Positions 23,984 to 34,159 of a DNA stretch of 63,640 bases are shown here, in pieces. Numbering within the stretch: position 1 is the first letter of the stretch; each line of letters starts with the position of its first letter. Source of the DNA: Candidatus Nanoarchaeia archaeon (lineage in GTDB: Archaea > Nanobdellota > Nanobdellia > Woesearchaeales > UBA583). Under the pieces are notes generated by a model. It searched no databases. It had not been told where the DNA came from and saw only the letters and a list, made by a program, of their open reading frames with translations. The stretch is taken from NCBI GenBank assembly GCA_050292425.1, contig JBNKLP010000005.1, positions 1 to 63,640 on the forward strand, given 5' to 3'. The position numbers and the translations under genes were made by a program.

Positions 23984-24676
23984 TTACTTCAAGTCTGTAA
24001 AAATATAACTCTCCTTGCAACCCCTAACAGTTTTACAAGGAACTTCACAAACACTCATATTATCATCTCTAAACAAATCATAAGCATTCTGTTTCTCTTC
24101 TCCCATAAAAAACATATAACAACACTTGCATCTCTCAATCATCTTTCTTGACATTGATATTCTTCTAGGAGGAGGTTTTGGTGAATCTTCAACCAAAATA
24201 AAACCTTGACCCGGATTTTTAACAGAATTATGGTCTGGAAACAAAGAACATGTATGCCCATCAGGTCCTGCACCAAAAAGTCCAATATCAACATTTTTAA
24301 CTTTCTTATTATAATCTTCATGAGGTTTTTCACTCGTATAATCAATTGGAATAATCTGCTCTTCCAAAATAAATTCTTTTTCAATCAACTCACCTAAAAA
24401 AGCAACTTTAGCTGCTTTGTAATTTGAATCATTATCGTCAAGAGGAACAACTCTCTCATCTGCAAAGCAAAAAATCATTTTCTCCCAAAACTCTTTGTCA
24501 AGTTTAGCTGCATTTTCTTTTAATGCATAATAAAAACTAAGTATTGAACGTCCTCCAGATAAAGCAACATAAATTTTATCTTTTGTTTTTGCAAGTTCCC
24601 TAACCTTTGTAAAAAAAATATTAACCCCCTCAAGTCCCAACTTATTCTCATTCTTATCATAAAAAACCTGCTCCAT
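23984..24676 (-). CDS. pgl: 6-phosphogluconolactonase
   Basis: ALSGGRS, FADERVVP, GLFGAGPDGHTCSLFP motifs. Confidence 0.85.
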   Translation of the reverse strand: MEQVFYDKNENKLGLEGVNIFFTKVRELAKTKDKIYVALSGGRSILSFYYALKENAAKLDKEFWEKMIFCFADERVVPLDDNDSNYKAAKVAFLGELIEKEFILEEQIIPIDYTSEKPHEDYNKKVKNVDIGLFGAGPDGHTCSLFPDHNSVKNPGQGFILVEDSPKPPPRRISMSRKMIERCKCCYMFFMGEEKQNAYDLFRDDNMSVCEVPCKTVRGCKESYIFTDLK

Positions 24677-24682
24677 TTTTAA

Positions 24683-26140
24683 TCAAAAATTATGCCACTT
24701 TCTTCCATCTTTTTCAAGCAATCTCTCTGCAGCATCAGGACCTCTCCCTCCAGATTCATAGAAATGAATCATAGGACAATTATCTCTGCAATCAACCAGA
24801 TTATCAACTATTTTCCATGACTCCTGAACTCCATCCCACCTTGAAAATAAAGTATGGTCTCCTTTCATAATCTCATTCAACAACACCTCATAACCCTCTG
24901 GAGCATTACTCTTAAAATATTCATCATGATTAAACTTTGCCTGAATAGGATCAATTGTAAAACCATTTCCATTTGAAGGACTTTTAATATTAAACTGCAT
25001 ATCAATTCCCTCATTTGGTTGAACTTCAATAATCAACTTATTAGTTTCTAAATCAGATTGATGATTATACAAAATACTTGGAATTTTCTTAAACTCAATT
25101 ACAACTGTTGTTCCCTTTTTTTTCATTCTCTTTCCAGTCCTCAAATAAAATGGCACTCCTGTCCATCTCCAATTGTCAACTTCAAGTTTCATTGCCACAT
25201 AAGTCTCAGTTTTTGACTCTTCACTAACACCCTCTTCCTGACGATAACCAACTACTTTCTTTCCTTCTATTTCTCCTTCCTTATACTGACCAAAAACAAC
25301 ATTTTCCTGCCAATTTCCATAGAGATTCTTAATTGATGAAAAAACCTTCATCTTTTCATCTCGAATAAAATCAGCATCAAGCTTTACAGGTGGTTCCATT
25401 GCAATTAATGAAACCATCTTAAACAAATGATTTTGAATCATATCTCTAAGTGCACCAGAGCTTTCATAATATCTCCCTCTCTTTTCAACTCCTAGTGACT
25501 CAAAAGCAGTAATCTGAACATTATCAATAAATTTATAGTTCCAAAGAGGCTCTAAAAAATAATTTGCAAACCTCAAAACTAATAAATTCTGAACTGCGTC
25601 CTTTCCCAAATAATGGTCAATTCTGTAAACCTGCTCCTCTTTAAAAGCAGACATTATTTTGTCATTAAGTTCTCTTGCACTTGCCAAATCAGAACCAAAA
25701 GGCTTCTCAAAAACAATCTTCTTCTTAGTATGATTATCTTCATTAAGTCCTACTCTTCTCAAATTGTCAATAACTGGAAAAAACACTTTCTGTGGCAAGG
25801 CAAGATAAAAAACAATTTGAGTTTCAAAACCATCAGAAAGTTCATCAATTCTAGCTCTCAAATAATCATAATCCTCAGCTCCATCAAACTCAACTTTTGA
25901 ATAAATTACTCTATCAACAAATTTTTCTTCAACTTCTCCAACCTTTCCAAACTCAACCAGATGAGATCTTACATCCTCTTTAAACTCTTCATCAGTTTTA
26001 GTTTTCCTTCCAATTCCAAGCACTTCAAACTCCTTTGTAACCTGTCCTTTTTTAAACAAATTGTAAAATGCTGGAACGAGCTTTCTTTTAGTCAAATCTC
26101 CTGTCGCTCCAAACAAAACAAAAATTGTCTTCTTTTCCAT
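24683..26140 (-). CDS. zwf: Glucose-6-phosphate 1-dehydrogenase
   Basis: FGATGDLTKRKL (NADP site), YRIDHYLGKD active-site signature. 485 aa. Confidence 0.95.
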   Translation of the reverse strand: MEKKTIFVLFGATGDLTKRKLVPAFYNLFKKGQVTKEFEVLGIGRKTKTDEEFKEDVRSHLVEFGKVGEVEEKFVDRVIYSKVEFDGAEDYDYLRARIDELSDGFETQIVFYLALPQKVFFPVIDNLRRVGLNEDNHTKKKIVFEKPFGSDLASARELNDKIMSAFKEEQVYRIDHYLGKDAVQNLLVLRFANYFLEPLWNYKFIDNVQITAFESLGVEKRGRYYESSGALRDMIQNHLFKMVSLIAMEPPVKLDADFIRDEKMKVFSSIKNLYGNWQENVVFGQYKEGEIEGKKVVGYRQEEGVSEESKTETYVAMKLEVDNWRWTGVPFYLRTGKRMKKKGTTVVIEFKKIPSILYNHQSDLETNKLIIEVQPNEGIDMQFNIKSPSNGNGFTIDPIQAKFNHDEYFKSNAPEGYEVLLNEIMKGDHTLFSRWDGVQESWKIVDNLVDCRDNCPMIHFYESGGRGPDAAERLLEKDGRKWHNF

Positions 26141-26204
26141 ACTTATTTGGCAACTAAAATACTATATAAAATATTTCTTTAATGTCCCAGTGAAAAAGAG
26201 ATAT

Positions 26205-27344
26205 TCACTTCTTCCCTTTACCAGCAACACGGCATAACTTCTCAAACTTAACCAAAGTCTTCTTCTGATCTGAAGTAATCCCAATTGAAGGTCTTTTACC
26301 TCGAACAAACTCAAAAGCCTCATCGAAACTCATGCCCTTGTAAATGAAATATGCAACAACCAAGGACGGTGAACGAGTATGTCCTAGTTCGCAGTGCACA
26401 TACATCTTAATTTTCTGCTCAACCATATCATCCATTGCCCTAACAGCAACATTTAACTGTTTTATAGTAGGCGCTTGATGATCCTTTGTAGGAAACCAAT
26501 AATAATAATTAACTCCTACTGTTGTAGTAACTTTAAACTCTTCCAGACAAATCTCAGCATCAATTCCAGCTGCAATCAACTCCCTGTCAAAACAAACTCT
26601 CTCATTGCATCTGTTTGGTCCAAGATAAATAAGTGGTGTAATCTTTGAATAAGTTTGAGAAATATGAAAAACATGTTCCTTTTCCTTCTTTCCAAGCTCA
26701 ACTGAAGAAACAAGCAAATCGTAATTCTCATGAGGAAACTCTGCTGTGCTCAAAAAAGAACCAATACTAAAAAGACTAGCTCCATTTCTAACAAGACGTC
26801 TAATTTCTTCAACTTTGATTCCTCCATCAATTTGAATAGTTACCCTAGGATCAAAATCATGCATACGCCTTACTTTTTCATAAGTAATATCCTCAAAATT
26901 CTGTCCCTCTTTTCCAGGTTTCACGCTCATAAACACAACAACATCAACCAAACTCACAAAAGGAATAATGCTATCAAAAGGAGTCATTGGGCTAATTGCA
27001 AGTCCAACTTCAAACTTAGCTTTCTTAAAAACAGAAATCGCATCAGTAACCTTCCCATAACTCTCCAAAGACTCATATTGCAAAATAACTCTATTTGCAC
27101 CAAACTTCCTACAATCCTTCAAATAAGAAACAGGGTCCTCACATAAAAGATTAACATGAAAATCACTCTTTCCTCTAAATTCCTTCAAAGAAGATAAAGA
27201 CACAGTCTTTTCAACTGCATAAACTCCATCTAAAACGTCAATCTGAACTCTCCTGGAAAGTGATTTTACCTTCTCATATTTCTCTGAAAATTCTTTATGC
27301 GTTTTTGCATTAATTGTTGGAATAATTGCTGATTCTTCAACCAT
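26205..27344 (-). CDS. rpe: Fusion protein: ribulose-phosphate 3-epimerase-like domain plus dual-specificity (Cys-based) phosphatase domain
   Basis: aa 1-215: IIPTINA, QIDVLDG, DFHVNLL, VGLAISPMTP, FMSVKPGKEGQNF, IQIDGGI, FSIGSFL. aa about 225-379: VHCELGHTRSPSLVVAYFI (HC-x5-R P-loop) and RGKRPSIGITSDQ. Confidence 0.8.
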   Translation of the reverse strand: MVEESAIIPTINAKTHKEFSEKYEKVKSLSRRVQIDVLDGVYAVEKTVSLSSLKEFRGKSDFHVNLLCEDPVSYLKDCRKFGANRVILQYESLESYGKVTDAISVFKKAKFEVGLAISPMTPFDSIIPFVSLVDVVVFMSVKPGKEGQNFEDITYEKVRRMHDFDPRVTIQIDGGIKVEEIRRLVRNGASLFSIGSFLSTAEFPHENYDLLVSSVELGKKEKEHVFHISQTYSKITPLIYLGPNRCNERVCFDRELIAAGIDAEICLEEFKVTTTVGVNYYYWFPTKDHQAPTIKQLNVAVRAMDDMVEQKIKMYVHCELGHTRSPSLVVAYFIYKGMSFDEAFEFVRGKRPSIGITSDQKKTLVKFEKLCRVAGKGKK

Positions 27345-27354
27345 TCTTCTCTAA

Positions 27355-28266
27355 CTACTTCTTAATTGCATGTCCGCCAAACTCATTTCTCATAGCAGCA
27401 ACCATTCTAAAACCAAATGAGTTTTCATCTCTTGAAATATACCTTGCATTAAGTGCATATGAATTAACAACAAAAGGTACATTGAATTCTAATGCCTCAA
27501 TTGTAGACCATCTTCCTTCTCCATTATCTTCAATATAAGGCTTCAAATAATCTAAAGAAGCTGACTTGTTCAATGCATTCTCAACCATCTCCATCAAAAA
27601 TGAACTCACAATCGTTCCATGATTCCAGATATGTGAAATCTCTTTCAAATCTAATCCTTCAATCCTACCATTATCAAGCAAATCAAATCCTTCAGCAATT
27701 GCCTGCATCATTCCATATTCAATTGCATTATGAATCATCTTAACATAATGTCCTGCTCCTCCTTTTCCAACAAGGCCATATCCCTCAGAAATACCAAAAC
27801 TATCAAAAATAGGCTTAGCAAACTCATAAGTTTCCTTCTTACCTCCAATCATCATTGGATAACCTCTTGAAGCTGCAATAATTCCTCCCGAAACACCCAC
27901 ATCAAGCATCTCAACACCTTTTGCCTCACACTCTTGATGTCTTCTTAAAGTATCATGAAAATTGGAATTTCCACCATCAATCAAAATATCTCCTTCTTTT
28001 AGCAAACTTAAAACTTCCTTAAATGCATTCTCTGTAACTTCTCCTGAAGGAAGCATAAGCCAAACAACTTTCCTATTCTGCCAAAGACCACCCACCAAAT
28101 CCCTAATTGAACTATGCCCGGTTGCTCCATTTTCAACTGCTGTCTCAACTGGTGCAGGCGATCTATTCCAAACATGAACATTAACTCCTCCATTCTCGAG
28201 CATTCTGTTAACCATATTTGCTCCCATTCTTCCAAGTCCTATAAAACCAACTTCAATTTTTTCCAT
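27355..28266 (-). CDS. gnd: 6-phosphogluconate dehydrogenase, decarboxylating (short ~300-aa form)
   Basis: GFIGLGRMGANM Rossmann motif, GGNSNF, GVSGG, HYVKMIHNAIEYG. Confidence 0.9.
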   Translation of the reverse strand: MEKIEVGFIGLGRMGANMVNRMLENGGVNVHVWNRSPAPVETAVENGATGHSSIRDLVGGLWQNRKVVWLMLPSGEVTENAFKEVLSLLKEGDILIDGGNSNFHDTLRRHQECEAKGVEMLDVGVSGGIIAASRGYPMMIGGKKETYEFAKPIFDSFGISEGYGLVGKGGAGHYVKMIHNAIEYGMMQAIAEGFDLLDNGRIEGLDLKEISHIWNHGTIVSSFLMEMVENALNKSASLDYLKPYIEDNGEGRWSTIEALEFNVPFVVNSYALNARYISRDENSFGFRMVAAMRNEFGGHAIKK

Positions 28267-28288
28267 ACCTGAAAACTGAGTTTGAAGA

Positions 28289-28296
28289 TATATAAA
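28289..28296 (-). promoter_or_regulatory. TATA box (TTTATATA on the minus strand) for the gnd-rpe transcription unit
   Basis: The octamer lies 23 nt upstream of the gnd ATG. The identical octamer at the same spacing precedes zwf (26163-26170) and metK (59238-59245). Confidence 0.45.
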
Positions 28297-28440
28297 TATT
28301 TATAACTCCTCAAAAAGTTATAACATCTTGGACATTGTATTAAACAAACAACAAACAAAAACTCAAACCTGTGAATCAATCCATCTTTAATTCTCTTAAA
28401 CCTTACATTTAAATACTTGAGAAACCAGAAAATATGTCCA

Positions 28441-29694
28441 ATGGAAATGTATGAACAACAAGACTTGATATTATGCAAAAACTGTAAAAAACAACTTGAG
28501 ATGGTAAAAAACATTGAGCATCTTGGAGATAAGGAATTATTCATTCTAAAAAACCCTCGAAGAACTCTGACTGTGAACTATCCAGTAAGAATGGACAATG
28601 GACAAGTTAAAATAATCTCAGCTTTCAGGGTTCAATACAATGATGCTCTTGGACCAACAAAAGGAGGCATAAGATTCCACCCTGATGTAGACCCTGATGA
28701 AGTTTCAGAACTTGCCTTTCTTATGACTCTTAAAACCTCTCTTGTAAATCTACCATACGGAGGTGCAAAAGGAGGAATCAGAATCAATCCAAAAAATCTC
28801 TCTAAAGGAGAACTTGAAAGAGTTGCAAGAGGATATGTGAGGGAAATGTACAAAATCATAGGTCCAACACAAGACATACCTGCCCCTGATGTAAACACCA
28901 ACCCTAAAATAATGGGGTGGATGATGGATGAATATGAACAAATTGCAGGAGAAAAAGCCCCAGGATCTTTTACTGGTAAACCTATAGAAATAGGAGGGTC
29001 ATTAGGAAGAGACACTTCAACAGCAAGAGGAACCTTTTACATAATTGAAGAAAAATACAAAAATGTTGACAAATCAAATCTTAAAGTTGCAATACAAGGC
29101 TTTGGAAATGCCGGATCTCACATTGCAAAAATGTTATCTGAATTGGGATTCAAAATTGTTGCAGTATCTGATTCACAAACTGGAATTTACAATAAAGAAG
29201 GATTAGTCATCGACGATTTAATCAAATTCAAGCAATCTAGAAAATCTTTTAAAGAATATAAAAATGCTCAGCACATATCCAACGAAAAAATACTTGAACT
29301 TGATGTTGAAATACTAATTCCAGCAGCTTTAGGAGGAATGATAAAATCAAGAAATGCAGATAAAATAAAAGCAAATACAATTGTTGAACTTGCAAATGCT
29401 CCAATATCAACTTCAGCAGACACTATATTAAAAGAAAAAAATATAGAAATAATCCCAGACATACTTGCAAACTCAGGAGGTGTTATTGTATCTTATTTCG
29501 AATGGGTTCAAAATTTGCAAAACTACTATTGGAGTGAAGATGAAGTAAATAAAAAGCTAAAGGAAAAAATACTTGAATCATATGGAAAAGTACTTGAAAT
29601 TTCAAACAAATTCTCACTTACCCTTAGAACTGCAAGCTACTTCCTTGCAATAAACAGAGTTCTTGATGCAGAAAAAATCAGAGGTTCTCTATAA
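28441..29694 (+). CDS. gdhA: Glutamate dehydrogenase
   Basis: GPTKGGIRFHP, PYGGAKGGI, GFGNAGS Rossmann motif. I chose the start at ATG 28441 (the listed start at 28417 is TTG), with TTTAAATA at 28408-28415 about 29 nt upstream. Confidence 0.93.
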   Translation: MEMYEQQDLILCKNCKKQLEMVKNIEHLGDKELFILKNPRRTLTVNYPVRMDNGQVKIISAFRVQYNDALGPTKGGIRFHPDVDPDEVSELAFLMTLKTSLVNLPYGGAKGGIRINPKNLSKGELERVARGYVREMYKIIGPTQDIPAPDVNTNPKIMGWMMDEYEQIAGEKAPGSFTGKPIEIGGSLGRDTSTARGTFYIIEEKYKNVDKSNLKVAIQGFGNAGSHIAKMLSELGFKIVAVSDSQTGIYNKEGLVIDDLIKFKQSRKSFKEYKNAQHISNEKILELDVEILIPAALGGMIKSRNADKIKANTIVELANAPISTSADTILKEKNIEIIPDILANSGGVIVSYFEWVQNLQNYYWSEDEVNKKLKEKILESYGKVLEISNKFSLTLRTASYFLAINRVLDAEKIRGSL

Positions 29695-30621
29695 AATTCC
29701 TTCCTTAAAATCAGAATATCTCATAACTGCTCTTCTCCTCATTTCACAAGTAGGAATTGAATAACCTAAACCATTATTCGTAAAAAAATCTTCATAAAAA
29801 TCATTCCCTTTTTCAGTGGATTTGATTTTTGAATTTTTTCTAGAACTAATTTTCTCAACAACTCCAAATTCATACAATCTTCTAAGATTATAATTCACTC
29901 CTTCTCTTGTCATACTATTGTCAATTGCATTTAAAATTTCACTTGAACTCAAGAAACACTTACTTCCTACTAAAATATCATACATCTTTTTCATGCCCTC
30001 TTTAGAATTCATCTTGGCAAAAATTCTCTTGCCACCTCTAACAATTTTATAAGAAAGCCTCTCAGTTCTCTCTAAACTCAAAAAACCCTTTTTATCAAGT
30101 CTTCTTAAAACCTCCATCATAAAATAAGAATTTTTCTCACATGCCCTCTCCAAATCTTCAAAACTCATCTCAGTATTTCTATGTAAATTATATATTATGT
30201 ATCCAACAAGTCCCGAACTTCCTCTTACTGAATCATTGTTTGTCTGACCAAACATAAGACTCTGCAAAACTTCCCTTTCCCTATCAAACCATTTCTCACT
30301 TTTACATAAAACATCTCCTGCATAATCTCCCAAATTTCGCAAAGATTTTGGCAAATCAAAAATGGATTTTCTTCTAAAAACTACCCTTGAATCATCATCA
30401 ATAAATTCAGACAAAGATGACAAACTTCCGGAAACATAAGCTCCAATCTTACTCTGTTCAAGAACATCGGTATCTGTCTCATCCAAACCAACTTCATCAT
30501 AAAGCAAATCAGATAAATGACTTGGAGTCATAAACTCCCTCTCGCAATTAAATAAATACTCAACAATCAAAGCTTTGACTTCATTTGAAACATATGAAAA
30601 TTTATTAAAATTCAAATCCAT
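29689..30621 (-). CDS. Hypothetical protein with winged-helix-like segments (310 aa)
   Basis: ORF only. Repeated LRRL..KGF / LRRLYEFGVVEK helix patterns suggest wHTH folds. Confidence 0.45.
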   Translation of the reverse strand: MDLNFNKFSYVSNEVKALIVEYLFNCEREFMTPSHLSDLLYDEVGLDETDTDVLEQSKIGAYVSGSLSSLSEFIDDDSRVVFRRKSIFDLPKSLRNLGDYAGDVLCKSEKWFDREREVLQSLMFGQTNNDSVRGSSGLVGYIIYNLHRNTEMSFEDLERACEKNSYFMMEVLRRLDKKGFLSLERTERLSYKIVRGGKRIFAKMNSKEGMKKMYDILVGSKCFLSSSEILNAIDNSMTREGVNYNLRRLYEFGVVEKISSRKNSKIKSTEKGNDFYEDFFTNNGLGYSIPTCEMRRRAVMRYSDFKEGIL

Positions 30622-30622
30622 T

Positions 30623-31072
30623 TTAATTCTCTTTCAAATATTCTCCAACATTCATCAAATTCTTCAAAGGAAACTTTTTATCATTTTTATTCAACTCAAC
30701 ATAACCCAAAAACTTCTTCTCAAAAACAACTAAATAATAACTTCCCCTTGAAAACCTAACTCCTTCCTTTACACTATCAAAACTAAGACTCTTTCCAAAA
30801 GTAAAATTCAAGGCCTGCTTTTCTGATTTCAACTCGCAAAAATTACCTTCTGTCTCCAAAATAAAATTTAACAAAAAAGTTGATGGCAATAATTTATTCA
30901 ACTTGATAAAAACTAAACCCTCTCCAAAAACTTGATTCTTCTCAAATGATTTTTTACTCAAAAAAACATTCCTATTAACAACAAACAATTTTTTAGAACC
31001 AATAAAATCATCTATTTTCTTAGAATCAAGACCAAACTTCTCTAAAAATAATCTCAAATCAGAAATATCCAT
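30623..31072 (-). CDS. Hypothetical protein (149 aa), possibly with a PUA/Nip7-like C-terminus
   Basis: The C-terminal ...FLGYVELNKND...NLMNVGEYLKE loosely recalls the Nip7-type ending. Weak, recognised from memory only. Confidence 0.35.
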   Translation of the reverse strand: MDISDLRLFLEKFGLDSKKIDDFIGSKKLFVVNRNVFLSKKSFEKNQVFGEGLVFIKLNKLLPSTFLLNFILETEGNFCELKSEKQALNFTFGKSLSFDSVKEGVRFSRGSYYLVVFEKKFLGYVELNKNDKKFPLKNLMNVGEYLKEN

Positions 31073-31108
31073 AATATTAAAAAATAAAAATAATATATAA
31101 GCTTAACC

Positions 31109-31525
31109 TTAATTTAAAGCCAGCATCTCTGATAAAGAACCTAATCTCGGCCTCATTCTTTTTTTTGAATGATCTTCTAGATTATTTTTATCATCAATAT
31201 TTTTCTTCTTTAAATTAACATCATAACCTCTCTCAATAAGCTCAAAAAAAGGAACCTTCAAAGAATATTTTTCTGCATTCACCTTGCATAAAGGATCTCT
31301 TACGGTATCTACTCCAAGTAAAATTTCACTATTATTATTTAATAGATATACATTTGCATTCATACTATTACCATATGGTCTTTTACAAATTATAGTAACC
31401 TTATCTTGATCAACTTCTTCTGACAAATTAAGAGGATCATAATTATTCATTTCATATCCTATCCTACCTAAAATTCCAATCGCTGAACCAATAATCACTG
31501 CTCCAATTATAGTTTTCTTTCTCAT
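31109..31525 (-). CDS. Small membrane-anchored hypothetical protein
   Basis: ATG at 31525 (MRKKTIIGAVIIGSAIGILG). The listed start at 31540 is TTG. TTTTATAAATA lies about 25 nt upstream of the ATG. Confidence 0.45.
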   Translation of the reverse strand: MRKKTIIGAVIIGSAIGILGRIGYEMNNYDPLNLSEEVDQDKVTIICKRPYGNSMNANVYLLNNNSEILLGVDTVRDPLCKVNAEKYSLKVPFFELIERGYDVNLKKKNIDDKNNLEDHSKKRMRPRLGSLSEMLALN

Positions 31526-31714
31526 ACCTATACAGAACAATCACATATTTATAAAATTATCTTAATTGTCACTAAAAGTAACAACAATTGACAAATAAAA
31601 ATCTCTTCTAAAAATCGCTAATTTTGCCCAAAAAAACAAAAAAACAATAATTAACTAACTTCACTAGAAAAAGTAGTAACAAAAAAACTATAAGCGCCAT
31701 CTCTTAATAAAAAT

Positions 31715-34153
31715 ATGGACGAACAGTCATTAAGAACAAAAGAAGTATTTATTGAAAATGAGATGAAAGATGCTTATCTTTCATATGCTATGAGTGTTAT
31801 TGTGGGAAGGGCACTTCCTGATGTAAGAGATGGTCTAAAGCCAGTTCATAGAAGAATTATCTATGCTATGAAAGAACTTGGAAACTATTCTAATAGAGCG
31901 CACAAAAAATCCGCAAGAATTGTGGGAGAAGTAATTGGTAAATACCATCCTCACGGTGATACCGCAGTATATGATGCCATGGTAAGACTTGCTCAAGAAT
32001 GGTCACTAAGATATCCCCTTGTGAATGGACAAGGTAATTTCGGTTCAATTGATGGTGACAATCCAGCTGCTATGAGATATACTGAGGCAAAAATGTCCAA
32101 AATTGTAGAAAAATTTCTGCAAGACATTGAAAAAGAAACTGTAGCATTTAGAGCAAACTTCGATGAAACACTTGAAGAACCAACAGTTCTGCCAACACTT
32201 ATCCCAAATCTTCTTGTAAACGGTTCAGCAGGAATTGCTGTAGGTATGGCAACAAACATTCCTCCTCACAACCTTGGCGAAGTTCTTGATGCAACAATTG
32301 ATGTAATTAACAACCCAGACCAAAGTGTTGAAGAACTTGTAAGAAAAAATCTGATTAAAGCTCCAGATTTTCCAACTGGAGCACTTGGAGTTCTTAATGA
32401 AAATGTTAAAAATATTTACCTAACAGGAGAAGGAGCAATTACAATGAAATCTGTCTGCTCCATTGAAGAACTTAAAAAAGGAAGAGAAGCAATCATTGTA
32501 GAAGAAATTCCATACCAAGTAAACAAGGTAAACATGATAAACCAGATTGTTGATTTGGTTAAAAATGGAAAAATCAAAGACATCTCCGATATTAGAGATG
32601 AATCAAACAAAAAAGGAATAAGAGTTGTGATTGAAGTTAAAAAAGACATTGACCCAAACATTGTCCTAAACCAGCTTTACCAATTCACATCACTTAAAAC
32701 AAACTTCAATGCAAGAATGCTTGCAATCGTAAATGGAGTTCCAACAATTCTTAACTTAAAAGAATACCTAAACAACTTCATTGCATTTAGAAAAGAAGTA
32801 ATAGTAAACAGAACAAAATATGATCTAAGAAAATCAGAAGAAAGACTGCACATCCTGGAAGGTCTCAAAATTGCACTTGACAACATTGATGCAGTAATTG
32901 CCCTGATTAAAGGTTCAGCATCAGCAGTTGAAGCCAAAGAAGGGTTATGTTCCAAATTTTCCTTATCAGAAATTCAGGCTCAGGCAATCCTTGATATGAG
33001 ACTTCAAAAATTAACTGGTCTTGAAATGGACAAAATCAGAGATGAATACAATGAAATTGTAAAACTAATCGAAAGACTAAAATTTATCCTTGAAAACGAT
33101 TCTGAACAATACTCAATCATAAAAGCAGAACTTCAAGAAATAAGAGAAAAATTCGCTGATGAAAGAAGAACAAAACTAATTGCTGACGAAGGTTCAGTAA
33201 ACATTGAAGATTTAATCCAAGATGAAGATTTCGTTGTTATGATAACACAAAATGATTACGTTAAAAAAGTCCCGCTTGATGCATACAGGTCGCAAAAAAG
33301 AGGAGGAAAAGGAATCAATGCTCATCTTAAAGGAGAAGATATAATCAAAACACTTTTCATTGCAAACTCAAAAGACTCTTTGCTTGTATTCACATCAGAC
33401 GGAAACATCAACTGGATGAAAACATATGAAGTTCCAACTATCTCACTTCAAAACAAAGGAAGACCAATTGTAAATTACATCGACCTTAGAGGTAAAAAAA
33501 TTACAAACATCATCAATGTTTCAAACTTGAACGAAGGATTCTTGATATTCCTAACCAAAAAAGGTATCATTAAGAAAACTGAAATGAAAAACTTTGCAAA
33601 ACCAAGAGCAGGTGGAATCAGAGCAATTACACTTGATGAAGGAGACACTGTTCTTTCAGTTCTTTACTCAGATGGAACTGGAGACATACTTTGTGAAAGC
33701 AACGTTGGACTTGCAATTAGATTCAAGCAAACTGACCTTTCAGTTCTTGGAAGAACAGCTAAAGGTGTTAAATCACAAAACCTAAGAGGTGAAGAGGAAG
33801 TAATTGGAATTGAACTGGCTCAAACCGGGAAAACAATGTTCACAATTACAGAATCAGGATTTGGAAAAAGAACTCTACTTAGTGAGTATCCAACAATTAA
33901 AAGAGCTGGAAGAGGAGTAATTGACATTAAAACCGATGATAGAAATGGAAAAGTAATTACAATGAAAGCTGTTGGTGAAGATGATGAAGTTCTAATTGTA
34001 ACAACAAAAGGAAAAATCATCAGAACTCCAATTAGTGATGTAAGAATCATCGGAAGAAATACTAAGGGTGTAAAAATTGTAAACCTTGAATCTGATGACA
34101 AAGTTGAGAGGGTAGAAAGAATTGCCAACGACGAACACGTTGAAGAAGAATAA
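31715..34153 (+). CDS. gyrA: DNA gyrase subunit A
   Basis: [23 protein letters not shown], active-site [10 protein letters not shown], and a GyrA-box-like QKRGGKG in the C-terminal domain. Confidence 0.97.
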   Translation: MDEQSLRTKEVFIENEMKDAYLSYAMSVIVGRALPDVRDGLKPVHRRIIYAMKELGNYSNRAHKKSARIVGEVIGKYHPHGDTAVYDAMVRLAQEWSLRYPLVNGQGNFGSIDGDNPAAMRYTEAKMSKIVEKFLQDIEKETVAFRANFDETLEEPTVLPTLIPNLLVNGSAGIAVGMATNIPPHNLGEVLDATIDVINNPDQSVEELVRKNLIKAPDFPTGALGVLNENVKNIYLTGEGAITMKSVCSIEELKKGREAIIVEEIPYQVNKVNMINQIVDLVKNGKIKDISDIRDESNKKGIRVVIEVKKDIDPNIVLNQLYQFTSLKTNFNARMLAIVNGVPTILNLKEYLNNFIAFRKEVIVNRTKYDLRKSEERLHILEGLKIALDNIDAVIALIKGSASAVEAKEGLCSKFSLSEIQAQAILDMRLQKLTGLEMDKIRDEYNEIVKLIERLKFILENDSEQYSIIKAELQEIREKFADERRTKLIADEGSVNIEDLIQDEDFVVMITQNDYVKKVPLDAYRSQKRGGKGINAHLKGEDIIKTLFIANSKDSLLVFTSDGNINWMKTYEVPTISLQNKGRPIVNYIDLRGKKITNIINVSNLNEGFLIFLTKKGIIKKTEMKNFAKPRAGGIRAITLDEGDTVLSVLYSDGTGDILCESNVGLAIRFKQTDLSVLGRTAKGVKSQNLRGEEEVIGIELAQTGKTMFTITESGFGKRTLLSEYPTIKRAGRGVIDIKTDDRNGKVITMKAVGEDDEVLIVTTKGKIIRTPISDVRIIGRNTKGVKIVNLESDDKVERVERIANDEHVEEE

Positions 34154-34159
34154 ACTTTC

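Noticed and set aside
28239-28544. A 101-aa minus-strand ORF spanning the gnd/gdhA divergent promoter region.
   Set aside because: It overlaps the gnd start, both TATA boxes and the gdhA 5' end. Its composition is low-complexity and it shows no motif.
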